From Flavipsychrobacter sp. (GTDB taxonomy: Bacteria > Bacteroidota > Bacteroidia > Chitinophagales > Chitinophagaceae), in the NCBI GenBank assembly GCA_035497355.1, contig DATJDP010000103.1:1-57259 (forward strand): a DNA stretch of 57,259 bases, given 5' to 3'. Numbering within the stretch: the stretch's first letter is position 1; every line of letters starts with the position of its first letter. The position numbers and the translations under genes were made by a program. The notes beneath the pieces were generated by a model, which had not been told where the DNA came from, did no database searches, and saw nothing but the letters and a program-made list of their open reading frames with translations. Below are positions 18,583 through 26,729 of this stretch, piece after piece.

Positions 18583-19155
18583 CTACCTGCCTTCCTCCAG
18601 CAGTGTGTAGGTAAACTGGTTCCCATATGCTTTACGATGCCGCTCACAAAGCCTCATGAACAGTGCAAAGTCTTCCGCGGATTGAAACACCTGACATCCC
18701 GCAGAATAGCGGTCTACGAAAGTTGTTTTACCTCTTTGCATCGCTCGGTGAATGTTAATACCGAAATATCCCGTTTCCGTTTTTCGCTCGTCAGGGTCCA
18801 GCATGCTGTTCCGGTTGTCATCGCGATACACCGTCACAGGACCTCGCTGTACCAGAGCAAGATATTTTCGGCGATGCATCCCCAGTTGATAAGCGTTCTG
18901 GTATTGACCTGCATGGAGAATAGCTGCGCCTTTTGTGTTCATAGGCTTTGTTAGCCATACTGTACCGGGATCAGTAGTTGCAGAAAAGGACAAGCACTGT
19001 TCATTGTCTTTATCATCGTTATACCATAGATGGATTGTATCGTCGAATGCATTGGCGGTCCGGCTTGCTGACCGTACGCCTATTATATTTAGCTCAAAAG
19101 GACGGGTATAAATCTTATACTTTTTCTCTGTCAGGGTTTGTTTCAGGTTGTTCAT
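18583..19155 (-). CDS. Putative peptidoglycan hydrolase (phage-endolysin-like; YkuD-like H…SxGC signature)
   Basis: 190 aa with no signal peptide. Contains …FELNIIGVRS…, …GINIHRA……RYSAGCQVF, which resembles the His/Cys catalytic arrangement of L,D-transpeptidase-fold enzymes. The family assignment is from memory of the motif pattern only. Confidence 0.4.
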   Translation of the reverse strand: MNNLKQTLTEKKYKIYTRPFELNIIGVRSASRTANAFDDTIHLWYNDDKDNEQCLSFSATTDPGTVWLTKPMNTKGAAILHAGQYQNAYQLGMHRRKYLALVQRGPVTVYRDDNRNSMLDPDERKTETGYFGINIHRAMQRGKTTFVDRYSAGCQVFQSAEDFALFMRLCERHRKAYGNQFTYTLLEEGR

Positions 19156-19159
19156 GATT

Positions 19160-19392
19160 GGTTTCTTTGTTTTTCTTTTTTGCCACTAAGACATTAAGGC
19201 GGTAAGTTCTTTTTGCTTTTGCGTTTTGGTTTTGCCAACTGCTTCTTCTTTTTTTTGGCGTTTCTACGTTTTTCGATTTTGCCACCAAGACACTAAGGCG
19301 GTAAGTTTTTTTTGCGTTTTTGGCTTTGCAAACTGCAAACTGCCAACTCTCTTTTCTGCCTTCTGCCAACTGCAAACTGCCAACTCTCTTTT
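19160..19392. repeat. Two ~60-bp direct repeats plus CTGCCAA heptamer words
   Basis: ttttgccacNaagacaNtaaggcggtaagtt…ttgc occurs at ~19178-19235 and ~19272-19335, followed by ctgcaaactgccaactctcttttctgcc repeated. Confidence 0.8.
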
Positions 19393-19788
19393 CTACCTTC
19401 TGCTAACTGCCAACTGCCAACTCTCTTTCAGCATCTCCATGATAGCTGCGGGTGTGTAGGTTCCCACTAAGGGCCGGGCACCCGGCAGCGGAAGTGCTGC
19501 CGGATGTACGCCCATCACCTTGGCTTTCGGGTGCTGCTCCGATAGAGTGGCCAGCAGACAAAAGAGCGATTCGCATTGCTTGTCCGAAGGTGCGCCCTTG
19601 GCTGCAATGAGCGCAATGGTAAGTGTACCCGCTTCCGGAGAAAGCGTCTTCCCACGGGTTATCTTGCCACCAGGTCGAATGGTGCAATAGATGTCTTTTT
19701 CTTTTCTTACCGCCGCTACTGTCCTGAATTCGGCGATCAGGATATAGCGGATATTATAGGTTGTCGTTTTTATTGTTTTCATGATCAT
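19393..19788 (-). CDS. Amidase_2/PGRP-like domain protein, apparently degenerate
   Basis: 131 aa. The segment YCTIRPGGKITRGK…TLTIALIAAKG…SDKQCESLFCLLATLSEQHPKAKVMGVH is collinear with the T7-lysozyme-type pattern Y-FII-RDG-V-GR…IGV-L-G…T-Q-SL-L…. The expected zinc-ligand His and Cys are not evident. The C-terminal tail runs into repeats. Confidence 0.35.
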   Translation of the reverse strand: MIMKTIKTTTYNIRYILIAEFRTVAAVRKEKDIYCTIRPGGKITRGKTLSPEAGTLTIALIAAKGAPSDKQCESLFCLLATLSEQHPKAKVMGVHPAALPLPGARPLVGTYTPAAIMEMLKESWQLAVSRR

Positions 19789-20044
19789 AGGGTTTTAGGG
19801 GCTGGTCGTTTTTATTTTTCGTTTTTTGTGCAGCGATCCGCTCGGCAATCAGCTTAAATAACAGCCATACGGCTCCGCCGATCATTGCCCTCATCAGGTA
19901 GTCGGCAAGTGTTTCTGCCTGCGTTTGCAGCATCAGCACAGAGGCTGTGAGCAACATACCGTGATTGGATCTTTTTGGTTTTTGCTGCTCTTGCCTGCAC
20001 TCGTCATTCGCAGCGTTAATCGGATTTGTAGTATTCGTTTTCAT
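19754..20044 (-). CDS. Small membrane protein (one or two TM segments), upstream partner of the amidase-like gene
   Basis: 96 aa with hydrophobic stretches GMLLTASVLML and MIGGAVWLLFKLIA. It overlaps the next ORF by 35 nt. Confidence 0.35.
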   Translation of the reverse strand: MKTNTTNPINAANDECRQEQQKPKRSNHGMLLTASVLMLQTQAETLADYLMRAMIGGAVWLLFKLIAERIAAQKTKNKNDQPLKPYDHENNKNDNL

Positions 20045-20089
20045 AAGGTTTTTTTAAGTTTAAGTGTTAGTTTTCAAACGATGCATCTT

Positions 20090-20526
20090 TGGGCGAAAGG
20101 GCTTATTGTTTCTTCACTTTTCTTTTTTGCTTCAAATGGCGAAACACTCATTGTCTCTTCATTTTCTTTTTCTTTCAAACGGCGAAGCCCTCATGAGCTA
20201 CCAATAAAAAAATCAATACTATCAGCGAGTAAAAGAAAACGAAGCAAAAGAAAAGACATGACAAATCGAATCGCTCCGCGCGATTTGTCGGGCTATACGC
20301 TGTTAACGCAACTCGCTAATCGACTCCATGGCGCTGTTTGGTATGTTCAACCGGAGGCCTTGATTGTCTCATTCCCTACATCATCACAGCGGCACTTTTC
20401 AGCGTAGTCAAAGAATACAAAGAGGCGCCATCATGGGTTCGGTAGTATAGCTATATTAGGCAGTACCCAAGCGGCTTTCATCCAACAAAAGCGTCATTGG
20501 CAACCTTTAGGTGAAGCAATCTGTGG
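20090..20526 (+). repeat. Third copy of the 'double-hairpin' repeat family also seen at 54640-54845 and 55322-55565
   Basis: gacaaatcgaatcgctccgcgcgatttgtcgggctatacgctgtt at 20260-20304 and gtcattggcaacctttaggtgaagcaatctgtgg at 20493-20526. The ggcgaaNcactcatt words at ~20130-20200 match 55460-55480. Confidence 0.8.
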
Positions 20527-20559
20527 CATTGAGAGCGTTTCCTTGTCTTTTCGTTTCGA

Positions 20560-20960
20560 CGTTTTTTCATTCTGCCCTCTGCCACCTCTGCTTTCTTCCT
20601 ACTTTCCTTCCGGCTGTACATTCAGCATTTTTCCCTTTGCCCTCTGCCCTCTGCCAACTGCCAACTGCCAACTCCCTTTTCTGCCCTCTGCCAACTGTTC
20701 TCTGTCTTCTGTCTGGGCGAACACGCAGGTTCGCCCCTACGTGTTTGCAAACTGCAAACTGCCAACTCTCACTTTATGCCCTCTGCCAACTGTTCTCTGT
20801 CTTCTGACTGGGCGAACACGCAGGTTCGCCCCTACGTGTTTGCCAACTGCAAACTGCCAACTCCCTTTTCTGCCTTCTGCCAACTGCAAACTGCCAACTC
20901 TCTTTTCTGCCAACTGCCAACTCTGCCTTCTGCCTTGTGCAGTTCTCCCGTCCGGGTCAA
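20560..20960. repeat. CTGCCAA heptamer-word region containing two ~80-bp direct repeats, each with a GC hairpin gggcgaac-acgcag-gttcgccc
   Basis: Hairpins lie at 20715-20736 and 20810-20831. The surrounding …ccaactgttctctgtcttctg…cctacgtgtttgc-aactgcaaactgccaact is duplicated with a ~95-bp period. Confidence 0.85.
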
Positions 20961-21004
20961 TGACCGGCAGACTTGCTGCCAGCCATTGCCGTAACAGGAA
21001 GAGT

Positions 21005-21625
21005 TTAGCTTACAAGTTGTTTTGTAGGATTGCTCCACTCACTCACCATTCCCTGAGAACCAAATGCACGCACGCGGAACCAGTATTCCTCTTTGCGCAA
21101 CAGGCCATTGACCACGGTTCTGGATGCGCTGATGATCGGCGATTTCACCCAGTTGTCCTCTGTCATCGGGTCCTTACAGTATTCCACTTCGTAGGATTTT
21201 GCATTGCTCACTTTTTTCCAGCGCAGGATCACCGCCTCGCCATAAATGCTTTCCGTGCGCAGATCCGTCGGCGTATTCAAAAAATCGTAGCGCATAGGGC
21301 CGCGACGTTTCATCGGCAGGCCGGCAAGCAAAATGATGTCTTCGTTGCCGCGACTGATGTTCCATACATAGTTGGCAAGCACCGTTAGATTTTCCTCAAG
21401 CGTACGCCTCTTGGAATTTCGTGTGGCAGTGGCTGCCTTTCCGCCCAGCAGTGTTGCTGCCTGCGCTGCTTTCAGATCATCAATAGAAGATTGAAAATCG
21501 ACAAGTGCCAATGTCGGTGTGGTGAAGATGGTGGCGTTGTCCGTCATTCTGGTAAAGACGTCTTCCGCAAAAGTGAGTAGCTGATCGGGATTCATAGTGT
21601 ACAGTTTCAAAGCGATCTGTGTCAT
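21005..21625 (-). CDS. Fibronectin type III domain protein with an N-terminal helical domain
   Basis: 206 aa. The C-terminal ~90 aa read …PTDLRTESIYGEAVILRWKKVSNAKSYEVEYCKD…WFRVRAFGSQGMVSEWSNP…, the classic FN3 pattern (W…Y-V…Y-FRV-A…G-S-WS). Confidence 0.65.
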   Translation of the reverse strand: MTQIALKLYTMNPDQLLTFAEDVFTRMTDNATIFTTPTLALVDFQSSIDDLKAAQAATLLGGKAATATRNSKRRTLEENLTVLANYVWNISRGNEDIILLAGLPMKRRGPMRYDFLNTPTDLRTESIYGEAVILRWKKVSNAKSYEVEYCKDPMTEDNWVKSPIISASRTVVNGLLRKEEYWFRVRAFGSQGMVSEWSNPTKQLVS

Positions 21626-21896
21626 AGTTTTTATTGTTTTTTGTGTTTAAGAGATTTTATTTCGATTATTAAAAAAGGTAAAGACGTTTGCGGACGATTA
21701 TGATAATAGGATCCGCTGATAGCGACAAGCGCTAAGGAGGTTCATACTTTTCTTTCGTCAGCAGCCACCGCGGTGTGCCGGAGTAGAAGCGGCGTTTAAA
21801 GGGGTTGGCTATCAGTGCTGCATGGCGCTTATTCTTCCCTCTCCGGCAATGTTGCATCCATTGCCTCTTTTCAGGCCTTCTTAGCCTCCAAAAAGC

Positions 21897-22358
21897 AAAC
21901 GAGTTGTCGTTCGTAGCAAACGAGTTATCGTTCGTGACACACGAGTACTCGTTCATAGCAGACGAGTTATCTCTTATAACGAACGAGTTATTGTTCCTGG
22001 CAGACGAGTTATCGTTCGTAGCAGACGAGTTATCGTTAATGACAGACGAGTTATCATTTGTGACAAACGAGTTATCGTTCACTACACATGAGTTATCGTT
22101 TACTACACATGAGTTATCGTTGATGACACATGAGTTATCGTTGATGATGCACGAGTTATTGTTTGTAGTAAACGAGTTGTCGTTGATGACACACGAGTTA
22201 TCGCTCGTAGCAAACGAGTTGTCGTTGATGACGCACGAGTTATCATTCGTGACAGACGAGTTATTGGTCGCAACAGACGAATTATCGTTCATCACACATG
22301 AGTTATCGTTCGTGACAAACGAGTTATCGTTGATCACAGACGAGCATTCGTTTAGGTT
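21897..22358. repeat. Tandem array of 22 units of exactly 21 bp; each unit holds the palindrome AACGA-gtta-TCGTT
   Basis: Units were read individually (aaacgagttgtcgttcgtagc, aaacgagttatcgttcgtgac, …, agacgagcattcgtttaggtt). There are no indels, so phase is kept throughout. Both strands stay open (NDNSxVx on minus, NELSxVT on plus). Confidence 0.95.
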
Positions 22359-22439
22359 TTTTAGGGGCTGGCTGATTATTTGGCGACGTTGTAGCATTTT
22401 CTATCGTTCTATTGATTTCGAATGCAAATATGGGGGTGT

Positions 22440-23036
22440 CGCCTACCCCTGGGTATCGAAAAAGGCAACTTAAGGTAACTAAAGGCAAAAGATGACCACT
22501 TAAGGCAAAAGATGACCACTTAAGGCAACTAAAGACAACTTAGGGACACTTAAGGGAACTAAAGGCAACTTAGGGACACTTAAGGGAACTAAAGGCAACT
22601 TAAGGAGAAGTGGAGGAGTGTGGAAGTGGAGAAGTGAAGGAGTTGATTTGGTGATTTGGTGATTTCGGTGGTGAAGACGTGAAGAAGTGAAGAAGTTGAG
22701 AAGTTGATTCGTACAATGCGCCAGTGCCAGTGCCAGTGCCAAAGCCAAGGCCAGAGCCAAAGCCACAGTCACGGCCATCGCCATCGCCAGCGCCATCGCC
22801 AGAGCCATCGCCAGAGCCATTGCACGCACCCCCTCATGAGGGCTTCGCCGTTGCACCCCGCAAAGAAAGAACAGCTGATGTTAACCACAGATTGCTTCTC
22901 CTAAAGGATCGCAATGACGGCTTTTTTGTTCTTGTCCCGCGCCACAGCCAGCGCCACAGCCACCAGCCATCGCCATCGCCATCGCCATCGCCATCGCCAC
23001 AGCCACCAGCCATCGCCCCCGCCATTAGCCAGCGCC
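22440..23036. repeat. Repeat mosaic: 22-bp and 30-bp direct repeats, gaagtg/gatttg words, and two (NNNGCC)n tracts (22720-22822, 22941-23036)
   Basis: cttaaggcaaaagatgaccact occurs twice and aaaggcaacttagggacacttaagggaact occurs twice. The junction gaagttgattcgtacaatgcgccag plus tract is repeated at 24348-24385. Confidence 0.85.
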
Positions 23037-24164
23037 AAAAAACCGGTTTTCGAGCCAGTAGCGGTACAACGGATCAAGAAAGCTTAGCTTACCATTCATA
23101 TCATCAAGAACATCATTTTGAATCAGCGACTCTTTCAATCTGACCACATTCGCAGAGGTTCCAAGACGGTAAGCTCTTAATGTCTTCTGTGCCGATAATT
23201 GCTCTTCTCCGTTAATGATCGCACGTAACAACTCTAGTTGCCGGCTGTTTAAACCTTCTGTAGTATTGGCAAAAAGCAGGCTCAGCTGATCAATAACCGA
23301 TTCATAGGCAATATTGACTATTTCTCCCGTGCAGTGATGAGTGGTGCGGAACCAGGCCTGTTGCGACAACTGCTGTACATAGTAAGGGTGGTTATCAACC
23401 AGCGTACAGATCAATGCCGCTATATCCCCCGGTATTTCCTTTCCTGTGTCTGCAAATCTTTTGACAATAAAAGAAATCCACTCCACAGAAGCTATTTTCT
23501 GAAGGAAGAATAAATCGCCAAATTTGTAAAATGGCATAGACGGATTAGTAAATATATCAGTAAGCATATGTCGCTTGCTGCCATACAAACAGTACGCTAC
23601 ATGCCGGTGTTGCTGCCAGTGCGAGCGGAGCTTCCGTTGGAAGGCCGCTGCGTCGTCAAACAGCCCTATGTTTTGAAACTCATCAATGCATAGGATCAGT
23701 CGCAGCTTTTTTTCCTCCGCGATTTTTTCTGCCAGATTCAATATCTCGTCGGGCTGCTGTTTTAGTTCCTGCCATCCTATGCTAAAAGACAGCTCCGCCT
23801 GATCGTCGGGCGCAAAAGAAATCCTGGGAACGAGATTAGATAGAAATTTTTTGGCACTTGCAGCAAATTCTTCCCAGGTAGAAGCGGTAGCTTTCAATAT
23901 CTGATTGGCAAGCGATTGGTAAAACTCAACTTCATTTCGAATATTGAATATATCCAGGTGAATGATCCTCATATCGCGATGCTCTGCGGTTATAATTGCT
24001 CCTGCGGTTCGCACGAGCGAGGACTTACCCCATCTTCTAGGTGAAATGATGATAGTATTTGTGAGTGCTTCAAAATTATTTTTTAGTTGACTGATCTCCT
24101 TCACCCTGTTGGTAAAATCAATCGAATCGGGCACTTTACCATACGAAAAAGGAACTGGTTTCAT
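23025..24164 (-). CDS. AAA ATPase (archaeal-ATPase/DUF234-like 'ATP-binding protein')
   Basis: 379 aa with Walker A SPRRWGKSSL and Walker B LILCIDEFQ, followed by a helical C-terminal domain. The stop codon lies inside a hexamer tract. Confidence 0.7.
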   Translation of the reverse strand: MKPVPFSYGKVPDSIDFTNRVKEISQLKNNFEALTNTIIISPRRWGKSSLVRTAGAIITAEHRDMRIIHLDIFNIRNEVEFYQSLANQILKATASTWEEFAASAKKFLSNLVPRISFAPDDQAELSFSIGWQELKQQPDEILNLAEKIAEEKKLRLILCIDEFQNIGLFDDAAAFQRKLRSHWQQHRHVAYCLYGSKRHMLTDIFTNPSMPFYKFGDLFFLQKIASVEWISFIVKRFADTGKEIPGDIAALICTLVDNHPYYVQQLSQQAWFRTTHHCTGEIVNIAYESVIDQLSLLFANTTEGLNSRQLELLRAIINGEEQLSAQKTLRAYRLGTSANVVRLKESLIQNDVLDDMNGKLSFLDPLYRYWLENRFFGAG

Positions 24165-24244
24165 ATATTATAAATGGAGTAAAGTTAATGAAGAGCCAAC
24201 AACTTACAAAGTAGTAAGTTACGAAATGGTAAGTTACGAAATGG

Positions 24245-24473
24245 TTAGCTAGTGAGATGATTTGATGATTTCGGTGGTGACGAAGTGGAGGAGTGGTGGA
24301 GTGGAGGAGTTGAGAAGTTGATTTGATGATTTGGTGATTTCAGAGTGAAGAAGTGAAGAAGTTGATTCGTACAATGCGCCAGAACCATTGCCATTGCCAG
24401 AGCCATTGCCAAAGCCATTGCCATTGCCATTGCCAAAGCCAAAGCCAAAGCCAAAGCCAAAGCCAAAGCCAGC
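24245..24473. repeat. gatttga / gaagtg word repeats followed by an (NNNGCC)n tract (24378-24473)
   Basis: …gaagttgattcgtacaatgcgccagaaccattgccattgccagagccattgccaaagcc… ends in six aaagcc units. Confidence 0.85.
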
Positions 24474-24563
24474 CACTTTCTATTAAAATATCTACCATGT
24501 TAATAGCCGTGGTATTCTCAGGAATATTTTTTTCTTTTTTTTCTACAATAACGGTTTCACCCA

Positions 24564-24571
24564 TATCTTTG
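24564..24571 (+). promoter_or_regulatory. Candidate -7 box TATCTTTG upstream of the XRE/ImmA gene
   Basis: Exact TAnnTTTG match 22 nt upstream of the ATG at 24593. No convincing -33 TTG was seen. Confidence 0.3.
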
Positions 24572-24592
24572 CTGCTGAACAATGGACTGATT

Positions 24593-25624
24593 ATGAGTGA
24601 AGTAAACGGGAATATGATTTTATTGGCAAGGGAAAGCAGAGGATGGACTCAGGCGCAATTAGCCGGAAAAATGGATACCACCCAGAGCAACATTACCAAG
24701 ATGGAACATGCCGAACATGGCACCAATGAGGAATGGACAGCTAAAATAGCGGAAGCCACAGGATACCCCCTGTCTTTTTTCTATCAGAAGGGAGGCATTA
24801 TTCCTGAAAACCTGAATTACCGCAGAAGGGAGAAAGTAGCACAGTCTATATTGTCCCCCCTCAATGCACAGATGACCATTTACCGGCTACAGATAGAAAC
24901 TATAACAGCCGCCCTTAATATACCTGCTATACAATTGCCCGTTCTTGAAGTGACCGAAGAAGCCACGCCACAGGCAATCGCACAAAAGCTGCTTCAGAAA
25001 TGGCATGTTCCCAAAGGGTCCGTAGCAAATCTTACTGATATCATTGAAGGACACGGAATTGTGGTGAACATGTTTGATTTCGGGACAGCACGGGTGGACA
25101 GCCGTTGCCTGATCTCGGAAAACGGTATCCCTATCATTTTTATGAACAGCAGCCTCCTCGGCGACCGTCAGCGGTTCTCGCTTGCCTATCAGTTAGGACA
25201 TCTGATCATGCATACGAGCTCCAACATCTCCTGGGATCGCGACACTGGCCATGAGGCGAACTTGTTCGCGGCAGAACTGCTCATGCCGGAAAAAGATATC
25301 CGTGCGGACTTTGAACAGGGTATCTCCCTGCCGCTTCTGGGTAATCTTAAAAAGAAATGGAAAGTCTCGATGATCGCGCTGCTCTATCGTGCCGATGACC
25401 TGGGCTATGTGACGCCCCAGCAGAAAAAAGCCCTGGTACAACAGTTCAACGACAGGCAGATACGGAGAAGAGAACCAGTAGAACTGGATGTGCCACTGGA
25501 ACAACCACGCTTGCTGCGCCAATGGCTTTCACAGTTGAAATCAGAAAGGAGGATGAACACCTCAGAGCTTGCAGCCATGCTGCATCTGCAGGCCAATGAA
25601 TTTGTAGCGCTATATAATTATTAA
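24593..25624 (+). CDS. XRE-family HTH fused to an ImmA/IrrE-like (COG2856-type) domain with a degenerate HEXXH site
   Basis: MSEVNGNMILLARESRGWTQAQLAGKMDTTQSNITKMEHAE is a Cro/C1-type HTH. Downstream, …RFSLAYQLGHLIMH… stands where ImmA proteins have …AHELGH…, and …EANLFAAELLMPEKDI is the family signature. The ORF-track start at 24353 is repeat-derived. Confidence 0.75.
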   Translation: MSEVNGNMILLARESRGWTQAQLAGKMDTTQSNITKMEHAEHGTNEEWTAKIAEATGYPLSFFYQKGGIIPENLNYRRREKVAQSILSPLNAQMTIYRLQIETITAALNIPAIQLPVLEVTEEATPQAIAQKLLQKWHVPKGSVANLTDIIEGHGIVVNMFDFGTARVDSRCLISENGIPIIFMNSSLLGDRQRFSLAYQLGHLIMHTSSNISWDRDTGHEANLFAAELLMPEKDIRADFEQGISLPLLGNLKKKWKVSMIALLYRADDLGYVTPQQKKALVQQFNDRQIRRREPVELDVPLEQPRLLRQWLSQLKSERRMNTSELAAMLHLQANEFVALYNY

Positions 25625-25669
25625 TAAAGAACCGAAAAACAGAGAGTTAAGAACGGAAACAAGACTTTT

Positions 25670-25894
25670 ATGCAGAGCAAAAGAGAAAATGGGGGGAAGC
25701 CTGTAGTGCGCGCATACACCTATAAGGAACTGATGGATATATACAATGTAAGCCGGAAAACACTGATGTCGTGGCTGGAACCTGTCAGAGAAAAGATTGG
25801 AAAGAAAAGAGGTCGCTGCCTTAGCCCCGGGCAGGTAGAAATAATCTTTGAGGAGCTTGGCTATCCGAAAAATATTGGGGACGATGTGATTTGA
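25670..25894 (+). CDS. Small DNA-binding protein, DUF4248-like
   Basis: 74 aa. The pattern …VRAYTYKELMDIYNVSRKTLMSWLEP…LSPGQVEIIFEELGYP matches what I recall for Bacteroidetes DUF4248. Confidence 0.5.
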   Translation: MQSKRENGGKPVVRAYTYKELMDIYNVSRKTLMSWLEPVREKIGKKRGRCLSPGQVEIIFEELGYPKNIGDDVI

Positions 25895-26285
25895 TGAAGA
25901 AGTGAAGGAGTGGAGGAGTTAAGAAGTGAAGGAGCTAATTTGATGATTTGATAATTGTCTGAATCAGGATTTAAGGATTAACAAGATAGGCCCCACCCAA
26001 CCTCCCCTTCGGGGAGGAGCGCCCAGCGATATCCAATGGGATCACAAATAAACCTGAAGTAGCCCTCCTCTGTCCGGCACTACAGTAGTACTAAAGCGCA
26101 GTAGAGAGACATGGCGAACATAGGAAGTCATTATGTTCGCCGGCTTTTTTGGTTACTTTTTTAGCCGGAAAAAAGTAACAGAAAGACTCTGAACCAGAAT
26201 TTATAGGATTTAGGATTGACAGAATAAGACTTTCGCACAAAGGCCAGAGCTTCTGCCATCGCCATCGCTACCAGCCATCGCCACT
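25895..26285 (+). repeat. Word repeats plus long repeat element copy 2 (short form, 25957-26262) plus a hexamer tract
   Basis: gtctgaatcaggatttaaggattaac…ccccacccaacctccccttcggggaggagcgcccagcgatatccaatggg… is near-identical to 16860-17115 and 27545-27812. Confidence 0.9.
26113..26150 (+). terminator. Intrinsic terminator inside repeat copy 2
   Basis: ggcgaacata-ggaagtcat-tatgttcgcc followed by ggctttttt. Confidence 0.6.
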
Positions 26286-26729
26286 ACTCCGGTCATTAAA
26301 CGCATCAAGTTTACTAGCGATAAAATAGGCGACCGGAAATATTCTTATCTGTATTCCATGTTCCGAAGTATAAGTTTGCAAATGTTTGAAACCTTCCTTA
26401 TACCAGCGGCTTTTGAAGCCGAGCACTTCTTCCTCCGTGGGCATAATGTCAACGATAAGCCCCTGATACTTATAACGGCATGTGATCTTTGCTTCAGTAT
26501 CTAATGCAAACCCCAGAACCCTTAGCCTTTCCTGCAGTTTTGTGTAAGCGCTATAGGTGGCTATCTCGACGAGCACATCAATATCATCGGTCGGTCTCGT
26601 ATCCGTTTGCTCAGGGTGATCGGCATATAAAGACACGGTTGCTCCACCGACAAATGCAATATCATCCTTCAGTTCAACTAAGGCACTAGCTACACCTTTG
26701 ATTCTTATAAGGTTAATATGATGGCTCAT
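26268..26729 (-). CDS. Nucleotidyltransferase-fold protein (AbiEii/MNT-like), with its C-terminus replaced by repeat sequence
   Basis: …FVGGATVSLYA…RPTDDIDVLVE is a GG…DxD nucleotidyltransferase signature. The last residues SSGDGW are encoded by the hexamer tract, which suggests 3' truncation. Confidence 0.55.
   Translation of the reverse strand: MSHHINLIRIKGVASALVELKDDIAFVGGATVSLYADHPEQTDTRPTDDIDVLVEIATYSAYTKLQERLRVLGFALDTEAKITCRYKYQGLIVDIMPTEEEVLGFKSRWYKEGFKHLQTYTSEHGIQIRIFPVAYFIASKLDAFNDRSSGDGW

Noticed and set aside
20543-21388. 281-aa plus-strand ORF (and 20511-20807, 20776-20994)
   Set aside because: The first half is a translation of CTGCCAA and GC-hairpin repeats (…CPLPTANCQLPF…). 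The second half is antisense to the well-formed FN3 gene 21005-21625.
17589-21625. Intact prophage or integrative element
   Set aside because: No integrase, terminase, portal, capsid, tail, replication or tRNA attachment site was detected. Only lysis-type and small genes are present, separated by repeats.
21732-22473. ORFs 21732-22397 (-) and 21805-22473 (+) as heptad-repeat proteins
   Set aside because: Both strands are open only because the 21-bp unit is palindromic and stop-free. The flanking ends look non-proteinaceous and there is no signal peptide or known repeat-protein signature. Kept as a repeat feature and a finding, not called as a CDS.
22500-23143. ORFs 22500-22856, 22704-22904, 22724-23143, 22834-23025, and 24245-24582 on the minus strand
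   Set aside because: These are repeat-derived low-complexity translations (ALAMALAMA, PSPSPSP, GFGFGNGNG, WLWLWQWQ) that overlap each other in several frames.
24353-24592. N-terminal 80 aa of the ORF-track version of the XRE/ImmA gene (…HCHCQSHCQSQSQSQ…)
   Set aside because: It is translated from the (NNNGCC)n tract and a T-rich spacer. A TAnnTTTG box and an ATG at 24593 directly precede the HTH domain.
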